Shown one piece after another: positions 46,132-55,797 of a stretch of DNA of 64,000 nt. The notes under the pieces were generated by a model. The model saw nothing but the letters and a program-made list of their open reading frames with translations. It did not search any database and was not told where the DNA came from. The position numbers and the translations under genes were made by a program. Positions within the stretch are counted from its first letter, which is position 1; every line of letters begins with the position of its first letter. The stretch comes from Candidatus Bathyarchaeota archaeon (GTDB lineage: Archaea; Thermoproteota; Bathyarchaeia; Bathyarchaeales; Bathycorpusculaceae). The stretch is taken from contig CAWABA010000001.1 of assembly GCA_963780185.1 (NCBI GenBank), forward strand, positions 1 to 64,000. The letters run 5' to 3'.

Positions 46132-46948
46132 TTAGTTTTCCACGGTGGCTTTTCCGCCGTTTTCTTCAACCAAATTGGCAAGTTCACGCATCGCTTTAGC
46201 CAGCATTTCTTTCGGTTTTTCCTCCGCTTTTGCTGCTATTGTCAGGTGGATTTCGATGTGGGATTTACTCTCGCCGCCCATAGGATGCGACTTGATGTAA
46301 ACCCCGCTGTTGGCAGCCATAACCTTGTCAATTAGCGGCGCCAACTGCGACTCCATGATGTCTTCCAGAAACAGGCTTCTTTCGCAAAAAACTCGGTCGC
46401 CCACAGCCATCTTAAGCAGCGGCGCAATGGTCTGCGTAAAAATTGCTTCCATTTCCGACGGCACGCCTGGCAGCACAAACAAAACCGTTCCCTTCAGGTC
46501 CACTCGGACGCCGGGCGCGGTGCCAACAGGGTTGTTGATGGGCTCAGTTTTTTCTGGCAAAGTCGCCATTTTAACTCGGGCAGGAGTCATGTCGCTAGCG
46601 GCAGGTTTCTTTTTTTGGCGTATTCTACGTGTCTTGCTTTTACCATCGCTAACGCTCTCTTCATTGACTTCCAATTTTCGGTGCAAAAGCCTTCGCTACG
46701 CCTTGCAGAGTTTTGTCGTCAAAAGTTGGGCCTAATCCGCCCGTGGAAATAATAAACTGTGGTTTCCTTTCTAAGGCTTCGCAAAACACATCGGCCATTT
46801 CCTCAACAATGTCCTGCACAACTGTTATGCGCTTAACGTTTACGCCAAGATTTGTTGCCTGTTTACCCAGCCAATATGCATTTGTGTTAACTACTTTGCC
46901 AATCAGTAACTCGTTGCCAACGCAGATTATTTCCATTTCCACAGTCAT
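46132..46948 (-). pseudogene. CinA-like molybdopterin-binding-domain protein with frameshift(s)
   Basis: EIICVGNELLIG.VVNTNA, STGGLGPTFDD in one frame; KMA.LP...NPVGTAPG, LPGVPSEM in another; break near 46690 in a T run. Confidence 0.75.
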
Positions 46949-47090
46949 TGGTTCTTCGCCATTTTTGTTGCGTTTAGAATAGGGTTGTATTCTTTTATAC
47001 CGTTTGCTTTGAGGGTTAGCGGTGGGAAGTTCCCGAAATGCTTTTATGTGCATAACACTAACTTGCCAACTCCGAAGGAGACCTCATCGG

Positions 47091-49508
47091 ATGTACCCTA
47101 AATCCAAAAACAAAAAGGCACTTGCCTCTTTCCTATTCCTAATCCTATTTACCTCAACAATGGCGATTTTCGGAGCATTAAGCACAATGCAGTTTGCCCA
47201 CGCAGCCGCCTACCCCATAACCATTTACAGGTACGACGCCCCAAACAGCCTAACCAACCCAACAAACCCGTCGCAAACAATCAGCGTCCCTGACTTGGCG
47301 GCTCTATCGTCCAGCTTCATCACTGGCTACGGCGGTTTTTACCAGTCTAACCAGCACGCAACAGCCTACGCGCAGTACACGGGTCTTCCCGTCTCTTATC
47401 TTTGCAACCTAATCGGGATTAACGCAAACTACAAAGTCAACGTAACTGGGGGCTCTGGCAACGCTTTGTTCAGCTACGGTTACGTCATGAATAATGTTGC
47501 TGACCAAACAACTTACGATTCGGCGGGGACTTCGCATGCGGCTCCGCAAAGCGACGTTAACTTGATTCTTGCTATGAGTGGAGGTACGCTTAGCGCATCC
47601 AACGGAGATTTTCCAAGACTTCTGTCCATAAACCAGACGGGTAATCTGCCTCTTGCGGTCAACGGCGCAGGCGGAAAAGGCATAACCACCATCAAAGTCA
47701 TCTATCAGGGTTCAGGAGCCACCATCGTTCCAACAAGCCTAACAGTCGGTTACACCCCCAGTGCAGTCGACGAAGCAGGAAGCCAAACTGTGCAAATAAG
47801 CGGAGTACTGAACAACTCTGCGTCGGGCATTTCAGGCGAGCCGATTACTTTGTTCCGAAACGACACATCGTTTGGCTGGGTTCAAATCGGACAAACCACC
47901 ACTGTTAGCGGCGGCGCCTACAACTTCGGCTGGGTACCAAACGCATCTGTCCCAGTAGGTAACTACCAAATTCAAGCCTCGTTCAGCGGTGACTCACCCA
48001 ACAATTATGCTCCAGCCACCGCTCAGACTCCCGCATCGCCAGGACTCAACGTTGACGCTGTGCTCGTTGCCCCTTCCCTGATTCCATCAGCAGTCGCGGT
48101 TGATCAGGGTCAAATTAGCTACCTCAATATCACCGCGATAAATACGGGTACTTCACCCTACACTTATCAATGGTTTGAGAAGGCTCCAGGCGGCGGCTAT
48201 GCACTAGCTGGGTCAAACTCTGTAAGCTTCAATTTTGTTACTTCAAGCACAACGACCGTTGGCAGCTGGAGCTTCATCCTTCAAGTAACTGACAGCACAG
48301 GCGCATCAGCGAATTCTACCGCTTCACCTATCCCAGTTAGCGTGGCTCCCACTATCGCGGTTGCTCCCACTACCTTGATCGTTATGGATGTCAACCAAAT
48401 GAAGACCTTCACTGCAACAGCATCTGGCGGAACAGGCACCCTGAGCTATCAATGGTATCTAGGTGGTAACGCTGTTTCTGGCCAGACGAGCGCAACCTAC
48501 ATTTTCATCGCCGCCTCTTCTGGTTCACCCCAGATTTACTGCAAGGTAACCAACCAAGCCTCCACCCCAGTTGTTGTCCAGTCAAATATGCCTGCAATCA
48601 CGGTGAATTCAGCGCTTATTCCTCCAACCGCTTCAGCATCTCCCGCATCGGTCACTCAAGGTCAAACCTCAAGTTTGACTCTCGCATCCGTAACAACGGG
48701 TACCTCGCCCTACACTTATCAGTGGCTGCAGACGTCTCCTGGCTCAATTGCAACGCTGATAAACGGCGCCACTTCATCAAGCTATAACTTCGTAACCTCA
48801 GCTACCACGACCACGGGAACTTGGAGTTTCATTTGTGTCATAACTGACAGCGCTGACGCAGGAACCAACTCCACCTTGGTTAATGTCGCTGTTAACGCTC
48901 CATCTCCAACTCCCACAGCCTCGCCGACACCAACCCCAACCCCAACTCCTACTCCGACCACGACCCCTGGTTCAGCGCCGAAGGAGTCTTCAACGGCAAC
49001 TGTCAGTGATGGTTCAGCCACGGTTGACCAAGCGGCAACAACAGGAGTCAAGGTGACAGTCAGTGGTTCTTCACTGCAAAACGGGCAAAAAGTAAACGTC
49101 ACATCCACCGACTATGGCAGCAACCAACCCGCAGGAACAGGCGCAGTGTCAGTCAACGGAGCCTCCTTCTACGACATTAAAGTCTCTTCAAGCAGCACCT
49201 TAGGCTCCGACGTCACTGTTACAGTCGCCATTTCAAACGTGAACTTCACCAGCTCCAGCAGAATTGAATATTGGAGTGGCAGCGCATGGGTTTCCGTTAC
49301 AACAACGTTCACTGTACCCGACACCGTGTCAGGTGCCATACCCGCATCAGCCTTAACAGGAACACCCATACTAGTCGGCACACCAAAATCAAACGCCTCG
49401 CCAAATGATACTTACCTGGCAATAATTGCAGCAGCAATCGCTTTAGTAATAATCCTAGCTGTGGTCTTTCTCGTCATAAAACGAAATGCGAAAAAGACAA
49501 CAAATTAA
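47091..49508 (+). CDS. large surface protein: Moco-oxidoreductase-like N-domain, Ig/PKD-like repeats, PT linker, C-terminal TM
   Basis: Signal peptide; YTGLPVSYL..ILA..PRLL; repeated GTSPYTYQW...SYNF...GxWSF; C-terminal hydrophobic helix + KRNAKK. Confidence 0.7.
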   Translation: MYPKSKNKKALASFLFLILFTSTMAIFGALSTMQFAHAAAYPITIYRYDAPNSLTNPTNPSQTISVPDLAALSSSFITGYGGFYQSNQHATAYAQYTGLPVSYLCNLIGINANYKVNVTGGSGNALFSYGYVMNNVADQTTYDSAGTSHAAPQSDVNLILAMSGGTLSASNGDFPRLLSINQTGNLPLAVNGAGGKGITTIKVIYQGSGATIVPTSLTVGYTPSAVDEAGSQTVQISGVLNNSASGISGEPITLFRNDTSFGWVQIGQTTTVSGGAYNFGWVPNASVPVGNYQIQASFSGDSPNNYAPATAQTPASPGLNVDAVLVAPSLIPSAVAVDQGQISYLNITAINTGTSPYTYQWFEKAPGGGYALAGSNSVSFNFVTSSTTTVGSWSFILQVTDSTGASANSTASPIPVSVAPTIAVAPTTLIVMDVNQMKTFTATASGGTGTLSYQWYLGGNAVSGQTSATYIFIAASSGSPQIYCKVTNQASTPVVVQSNMPAITVNSALIPPTASASPASVTQGQTSSLTLASVTTGTSPYTYQWLQTSPGSIATLINGATSSSYNFVTSATTTTGTWSFICVITDSADAGTNSTLVNVAVNAPSPTPTASPTPTPTPTPTPTTTPGSAPKESSTATVSDGSATVDQAATTGVKVTVSGSSLQNGQKVNVTSTDYGSNQPAGTGAVSVNGASFYDIKVSSSSTLGSDVTVTVAISNVNFTSSSRIEYWSGSAWVSVTTTFTVPDTVSGAIPASALTGTPILVGTPKSNASPNDTYLAIIAAAIALVIILAVVFLVIKRNAKKTTN

Positions 49509-49545
49509 TGAACTTGAAAAGTAAGCAAACTCAAGGAAAACCGCG

Positions 49546-50496
49546 ATGGCTACCAAACAAACCCCTTTCCTTCTAGCTCTGGTAACTGTCATCGTATCAG
49601 CTTGTCTTATTTTCGCCATGTTCAGTTGCCTTCAGCCAGCATACGCAACAACCGCTTGGTCAGTCACCGTTAAACGCTGGGACACCCCGAACAGCCTAAC
49701 AACACCAACTAACTCGCCCACCCAAACCTTGCTGGTCGATGACATCGGCGATTTGGCAAACAGCAGCCTGCAGGTAGTGTCGGGCTATGGTGGGTTTTAC
49801 CAGCAAAACCGCAACCAAACCGCCTATGCCAACTTCACAGGCGTCCCCGTCTCCTATTTCGCCAGCTTGATTGGGATAAACACAAACTACGAAGTCATAA
49901 TCCGAGGAGTAGGCTCCAACGAGTTCGACTACAACATAATAATGAACAATCAAGCCGACGCAAACTCAACATGGGATTCCAACCAAACAGAATATGCCCC
50001 TCCCCAAAACAACATCTGCGTCATACTCGCCTACCTCGCAAACGGCGAATCAATCGACACCTATTTGGGTGACACGGAAGCGCTCAGAACCCTCTCCGTA
50101 AACCCAAATCAAAACCAACCTGGATTGGCAATCCTCGGCGCTGGCGGAAAAACAGCAACCGAAGTGGACATAATCTATCTCGGAACTGGAACACCCTACG
50201 GACCCAATCTTCCCGCTTCCCCATCGCCCACAGCCACGGCTTCACCTTCAGCTTCACCGACATCAACCGCCTCGCAAACACCCGCAGCTTCACCGACAGC
50301 CTCCGCTTCATTTACGGGACAACCAACTCCGGCGGCGGGGGTTCCTTCAACCACGGGTTCAGCTTCACCTAAAGGAGCTGCGCCTAATTCCGAAGGGCTT
50401 GTGATTGTAGCAGCCGTGGTTTTAGTTGCAGTGATTCTGGCGGTTGCTGTGGCGCTGAATCAAATCAAGAAGAAAAACCTGAACACTAAGGTTTAG
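49546..50496 (+). CDS. surface protein paralogous to the N-domain of 47091, S/T/P linker, C-terminal TM
   Basis: DTPNSLT.PTN, GYGGFYQ.N, AYA.FTGVPVSY, VILAY..NGE, GAGGK shared with 47091. Confidence 0.7.
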   Translation: MATKQTPFLLALVTVIVSACLIFAMFSCLQPAYATTAWSVTVKRWDTPNSLTTPTNSPTQTLLVDDIGDLANSSLQVVSGYGGFYQQNRNQTAYANFTGVPVSYFASLIGINTNYEVIIRGVGSNEFDYNIIMNNQADANSTWDSNQTEYAPPQNNICVILAYLANGESIDTYLGDTEALRTLSVNPNQNQPGLAILGAGGKTATEVDIIYLGTGTPYGPNLPASPSPTATASPSASPTSTASQTPAASPTASASFTGQPTPAAGVPSTTGSASPKGAAPNSEGLVIVAAVVLVAVILAVAVALNQIKKKNLNTKV

Positions 50497-51054
50497 TTTC
50501 TTTGGGTTCTGTTTTTTGGTTTGGGCGTTTTGGGAAGGGAAGATGCTGGACGCGGTTCACGATTGCTGAGGAAATGATTCCGCCTGCTCCTCCAAACGTG
50601 AGGTGTATTGCGCCTGCGATGCCTATGCCGGCGATGAGAATGTTGGCGTTCAAACCTATTGCGCTGGTTATGGAGTAGTTTACGAGCATTTTGTCAAAAC
50701 TTCCGAAGGCGCCTAAGAGACATCCTACCAAAACGTTGCCTAAGTGTCCTCTAAATATCAATGCCAAAATGTCCATCGTGAAACCCATTGCGATGTACTC
50801 AAAGACTTCCAGAATGCCCTTATCTGCCATTCCCAGCGTGCCTAACAGCAAACCTGCAATTACTCCGATGAAGGTGCCTGCCCCGAACTTTTTGGTGACG
50901 CCGATGCCTACGACGAATGGGATTACCCAGAACAGCGCCATGTGCCAGGCCATTTCATTGGGGTTTTAAAGTAAGTCATGAGAACGTAGACTAGCGCAGA
51001 CATAAGGGACAGAAAAGTCAGTTCGTAAACCAAAAAGTATTTTCGCCCTTTCAA
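50486..51054 (-). pseudogene. ECF transporter S-component-like membrane protein, one frameshift near 50943
   Basis: TTG 51054 after GAGGTG; MKGRKYFLVYELTFLSLMSALV..KTPMKWPG|HMALFW..K.GAGT.IG; multiple TM helices. Confidence 0.55.
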
Positions 51055-51065
51055 ATTAGCACACC

Positions 51066-51843
51066 TCAACTTGGCACACTCGACTTCAAATTTAGTTGGA
51101 AATCGTTTCCTATCGCTCCGTTAACCGCCACCAAAAGCACGAAGTCATCCTGAACTCTGCCGCCCGTGAAATCAACATAGAATGTTCCGTTCTGGCTGTT
51201 TGTGATAGTTACGTTGCCATCAGGGTTTCTTGGGTTCGGCGTGATGTGAAGCGAGTTTAATCCGCCGCCAGACTTGTCAAATTTCATCAAGTATGTGTCG
51301 TTGCCATAAACATCGAAGGCTGCACCTTCTTTGTTTGAAACTCTCACGTAAATGTGGTTGGAGTCAGACATCTGCGTGGCATTCGCCAAGACACTCGGTG
51401 AACCCGTATCAGCGGTTACACAGTAGCCGCTTGCTCCGTCTCCGTCAGCGCGGTTAGTCCATGAGATTCCCCCGTTTGATTTAATGTACCCATAAACGTG
51501 GAAAGCAGCGGTTCCATGCAAACCCGAAAATGAGTAGTCTACCTTGACGCAGGGGTAAGTTGCGTTCAAATCCGATGTGGCATTCAAATCGACAAACATC
51601 ATGTAAAAGGGCCCGTCCGTGGTGACCTCGACTCCGGGCATAACGGCAAGTTTGGAGGCGTAGGGAACCCATACTTGGGGGCCATAAAGGAAATCCGCGG
51701 CGGAAAACGTTTCATCCAGATGGTAGCTGCCTCCGACTGTGTTTGCTGGTTGACTCAGATAAGCCCATTGGACAGCGAAAACTAATCAAAATAAGTAAGC
51801 CGAAAACCGCAAAAGCCGCTGCCAGCTTGTACTTAAACCGCAA
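51066..51843 (-). pseudogene. secreted/anchored hypothetical protein, one frameshift near 51780
   Basis: MRFKYKLAAAFAVFGLLILIS| then, in the other frame, FAVQWAY... continuous with the 191-aa track ORF (GGGLNSLHIT, GTFYV.FTGGR..DD..LLVAVNG). Confidence 0.55.
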
Positions 51844-51845
51844 AT

Positions 51846-52539
51846 TTACGGCCTCTTAAGAGCAACAAGGAACTCCCCGTGGGGCTCCACGAAAAGTACA
51901 GCTTTACCTTGGATGAAGCTCGGTGTCGCGTTTTTCGGAATCTGCACGTTGCCTTCCTTGACAATTTCTCCTTGAAGGGTTAAAATCTCGTCTATGCCCG
52001 CTCCGATGACCTCTGGAACAGACCTGACGCCTGACAGCTCCCTGTTCTTGCCTTTCAAAAGAAATCTTCCATCATTTTGCAGAGACGCCAAACCGACTCC
52101 TGCAATGGCGCCGATGACTCCGCCTTCGGTTCCGCCTAAACCTTCAAAGCGTATTTGACTATTGTCGGCGACTTGGCGAGCCCGTTCCTGAGTTACGACG
52201 GTGGTTTTGGCGTCGAGACCGAAGGCAACTGCCGAAGCTGTTATCTTGCTGGATTGGGCTATCGCTAATCCAGGATCGCTTCCAACGATAAAATCATCAA
52301 GCATCATCTTTTTGGTTGCGGCAAATATTTCATCCATCGCATCTGCAGGAGCCTCGGCGTGGATCACTGCGCAGCTATTGTGCGATGTAAACGGGATTTC
52401 TGGGATGGATGAAAAGTTGGTGACGCGTGACGCCGAAAATTTGGTGCTTTTTTGCAAGTTCTGTTGCGATGGTTCTTGCAAGTCGTCCTGTTCCTCTTGA
52501 CTCCAATGTGTCCGTGTCGTCTATTCCCACGTAAATCAT
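51846..52539 (-). pseudogene. TiaS N-terminal-like (IDDTD) domain protein, one frameshift near 52403
   Basis: MIYVGIDDTD..SRGTGRLAR...GVTRHQLFIHP|EIPFTSHNSCA, GSDPGLA, GGTEGGVIGAIAGVGL. Confidence 0.65.
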
Positions 52540-52672
52540 TCGATAGCCTCAATTTAATGGGACGATATGTATTTTTAGGCATAACGTTTAACGTACTGAA
52601 CTATTAAACTTGTTGATGTAAAGAGAAAAATAGTCACACCTAAGAAAAGGCCTTTGTCTTTTCTGACTTGGC

Positions 52673-52879
52673 TTATTTTTTCTTGCTTAGGTACCAATTG
52701 AGGTATTCTTTTCTGCGGTTTTGTCTCTGTTCTTCTTCTGTTTCTTCAGCAGGTCTGTTTTTGTCTCTTAGGTCGTTGAGTTCCTGCTGTGTCATTTGTA
52801 GCCCGCAGCTTTTGCAGATGTAGCGTTTGGTACCTATTTCGTAATGACATTCTCCGCCGCATTCAGGACAATATATCAT
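52673..52879 (-). CDS. small zinc-ribbon protein
   Basis: YCPECGG...YICKSCG and EYLNWYL tail. Confidence 0.75.
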   Translation of the reverse strand: MIYCPECGGECHYEIGTKRYICKSCGLQMTQQELNDLRDKNRPAEETEEEQRQNRRKEYLNWYLSKKK

Positions 52880-53097
52880 TTTACCCTTTCTCTTCGCGAA
52901 TTTTATAGGTTAATCGCCTTCGCAAAGATATTAGTCTTCGCCTCAAAATCCCGATTTTTCGCTGATTTTCTTCTCAAAAAGCATCTGCCTTTCTTTTTAG
53001 CCTACGTACTTTTTCAATAATCATCTTGCTTCTTTCAAAAAGCTTTTATAATAAACCAACAGATGCAAGGGGTAATACGTTAATTTGAGGATTGAAA

Positions 53098-53673
53098 ATG
53101 AGCAATGAATATTTAGCTAAACTAGCAAACCCTGCCCCGCTTGGACTACTCGGTTTCGGTTTAACCACCGTTCTACTCAATCTCGCTAATGCTGGCGCTT
53201 TTCCGTTAGACACAATGATTCTCGCAATGGGCATCGCCTACGGTGGAATCGCGCAAATCATTGTTGGTGCAATGGAGTTCAGAAAAGGCAACACTTTCGG
53301 CACCGTCGCGTTCACATCCTACGGCTTATTCTGGTGGAGTTTCGTCTTGCTTTTGCTTCTGCCCAAATTCACAGGGTTCGCAGGACCATCTGCTGCTTCT
53401 CTCGCTGCGTACTTCATAATGTGGGGAATCTTCACATTTGGAATGTTCTTCGGCACACTGAAAGCTAACCGTGCACTGCAATTCGTGTTCTTGAGCCTAA
53501 CAATCTTGTTCGTCATCCTAGCCATATCTCAATATGCTGGAAGCGCTACATTTACAAAGATAACTGGAGTCGAAGGCGTCATCTGCGGATTAAGCGCAGT
53601 CTACCTTGGCATAGCCGAAGTCCTGAATGAATCGCACCAAAAAACTATCCTGCCAATTTGCCCGACTCACTAG
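53098..53673 (+). CDS. satP: acetate uptake transporter (SatP/GPR1/FUN34/YaaH)
   Basis: [33 protein letters not shown]. Confidence 0.92.
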   Translation: MSNEYLAKLANPAPLGLLGFGLTTVLLNLANAGAFPLDTMILAMGIAYGGIAQIIVGAMEFRKGNTFGTVAFTSYGLFWWSFVLLLLLPKFTGFAGPSAASLAAYFIMWGIFTFGMFFGTLKANRALQFVFLSLTILFVILAISQYAGSATFTKITGVEGVICGLSAVYLGIAEVLNESHQKTILPICPTH

Positions 53674-53757
53674 AAACCCACAGTTCTTTTTTTATTTTGT
53701 AATAAAACTACTGAAAAACTTATATTCTCAGGAGCTTACCATACCCAGCAATTTAGG

Positions 53758-55725
53758 TTGAGCGAAATGTCAGAATCTAGTTTACCCTTCGACGAGAAGT
53801 ATAGTCCAAGTATCGCAAAATTTTCTAATGGAGAAAAAAGAAAACAAGAATCAGAAAAAGCGCTGAAGAATCCGCAGGCTTACTGGGCTGAGAAGGCAAA
53901 AGCCATCGATTGGTTAAAGCCTTTCAGCAAAGCCCTTGATGATTCAAACCCGCCGTTCTTCAAGTGGTTCCCAGATGGGGAACTAAACATTTGCTATAAC
54001 GCTTTAGACAGGCACATCAAAGGTCCCCGCAAAAACAAGCTTGCTTACATTTGGGAAGGCGAAATGGGTGAAGTAAAAACTTACACTTACTATCAGCTTT
54101 ACCGCGAAGTAAACAAGTTTGCAAAAGCACTCAAAGACCTCGGCGTCAAAAAAGGCGACCGCGTCGCAGTTTTCCTCCCAGTTATCCCCGAGTTGCCAAT
54201 GGCTCTGCTTGCAACCGCAAGAATAGGCGGAGTTCACACTGTAGTCTTTTCAGGATTCAGCGCTGAAGCCTTAGCAGACAGAATAAATGACTGTGGAGCA
54301 AAAGTCCTTATCACGGCAGACGGCTCGTTCCGAAGAGGAAAACCCGTAGGCATCAAAGACAACGCCAACCGTGCAATGCCTCTTATGGCCAACATCGAAA
54401 AAGTAATCGTTGTAAAACGCACTGGTCAACCTGTCCAGATGAAAGAAGGCAGAGACATATGGTACCATGACGCACTGGCAAACGCAGGCGCAAGTGCCTA
54501 CGTGGAACCAGAAAGCATGAAATCCACCGATCCACTGTTCATTCTGTACACTTCAGGAACCACAGGTAAACCAAAGGGTGTTCAGCACGGAATAGGCGGA
54601 TACCTTGTTTGGGCTTACTGGACTCTAAAGTGGGCTTTTGACCCAAATGACGAAGACATTTACTGGTGCGTTGCAGACATCGGCTGGATCACCGGGCACA
54701 CATACAACGTGTATGCACCTCTCAGCCATGGAATCACTGCGTTCCTGTTCGAAGGTACACCAGATTACCCCGGACAAGACCGATGGTGGGACATGATCGA
54801 AAGACACGGCGTAACCATCCTTTACGGCACACCAACCGCTGTCAGAATGTTCATGAAATTCGGCGAACAACTCGTACTAAAACACGACCTAAGCACCCTG
54901 CGAATTTTGGGCTCCGTCGGCGAACCGATAAACCCCGAAGCGTGGAAATGGTACTACCGCGTCATAGGCAAAGAAAGACTCCCGATAATCGACACCTGGT
55001 GGCAAACTGAAACAGGCGGATTCATGATTTCTCCAGCCGCAGGCATAGAACTAACACCTCTAAAACCAGGCAGCGCAACCCTTCCGATGCCGGGAGTCAA
55101 CGCAGACATCTACGATGAGAAAGGGCAGCCAGTGCAAAAAGGCCAGAAAGGTGTGCTAGTACTCAAGTCACCTTGGCCGGGAATGCTTCAGACCATCTGG
55201 AAAGACCCTGACCGCTTCAAGCAAACTTACTACGGAAGATGGCCTGGAATCTACTTCTCAGGCGACTACGCAGTCCGCGACCCAGACGGGTACTTCTGGC
55301 TTCTGGGCAGATCAGATGAAGTTCTCAAAGTAGCAGGACACCGAATCGGCACCGTTGAGCTTGAAAGCGCATTGGTCGCGCACCCAGCAGTTTCTGAAGC
55401 AGCAGTCATGGGCAAAGAAGACGCAGTTAAAGGCGAAGTTCCAGTTGCATTCGTCGTTCTAAGAACCGGATTCACACCATCCGACGAACTCCGCGCCGAA
55501 CTCATAAAACAAATCAGAACCACAATCGGACCCATCGCAACCCCAGACGCAATAGTATTCGTGAACAAGATGCCTAAAACCCGCAGCGGCAAAATCATGC
55601 GGCGACTACTCAAAGCCGTCTTGACAGGAGCACCCCTCGGCGACACATCAACCATTGAAGACGAAGGCTCAATTGAAGACATCAAAGCAACATACAGTGA
55701 ACTGCGAAAGCAGCTCACCAAATAA
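53758..55725 (+). CDS. acs: AMP-forming acetyl-CoA synthetase
   Basis: LYTSGTTGKPKG, ADIGWITGH, GSVGEPINPEAW, DTWWQTETG, PKTRSGKIMRRLL. Confidence 0.95.
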   Translation: MSEMSESSLPFDEKYSPSIAKFSNGEKRKQESEKALKNPQAYWAEKAKAIDWLKPFSKALDDSNPPFFKWFPDGELNICYNALDRHIKGPRKNKLAYIWEGEMGEVKTYTYYQLYREVNKFAKALKDLGVKKGDRVAVFLPVIPELPMALLATARIGGVHTVVFSGFSAEALADRINDCGAKVLITADGSFRRGKPVGIKDNANRAMPLMANIEKVIVVKRTGQPVQMKEGRDIWYHDALANAGASAYVEPESMKSTDPLFILYTSGTTGKPKGVQHGIGGYLVWAYWTLKWAFDPNDEDIYWCVADIGWITGHTYNVYAPLSHGITAFLFEGTPDYPGQDRWWDMIERHGVTILYGTPTAVRMFMKFGEQLVLKHDLSTLRILGSVGEPINPEAWKWYYRVIGKERLPIIDTWWQTETGGFMISPAAGIELTPLKPGSATLPMPGVNADIYDEKGQPVQKGQKGVLVLKSPWPGMLQTIWKDPDRFKQTYYGRWPGIYFSGDYAVRDPDGYFWLLGRSDEVLKVAGHRIGTVELESALVAHPAVSEAAVMGKEDAVKGEVPVAFVVLRTGFTPSDELRAELIKQIRTTIGPIATPDAIVFVNKMPKTRSGKIMRRLLKAVLTGAPLGDTSTIEDEGSIEDIKATYSELRKQLTK

Positions 55726-55797
55726 TTTCTTTTCTTTGTATCTTTTTTGTATCAAAAAATTTCTTAAAGCAACTTACGCAGAGCCTTTTTTGGTTGA

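Noticed and set aside
24455-48965. CRISPR array or DNA tandem repeats at the ACACC/CCAAC-rich tracts (e.g. ~24470, 34350, 35270, 48910)
   Set aside because: They encode Pro/Thr/Ser linkers inside ORFs; there is no repeat-spacer periodicity and no cas gene.
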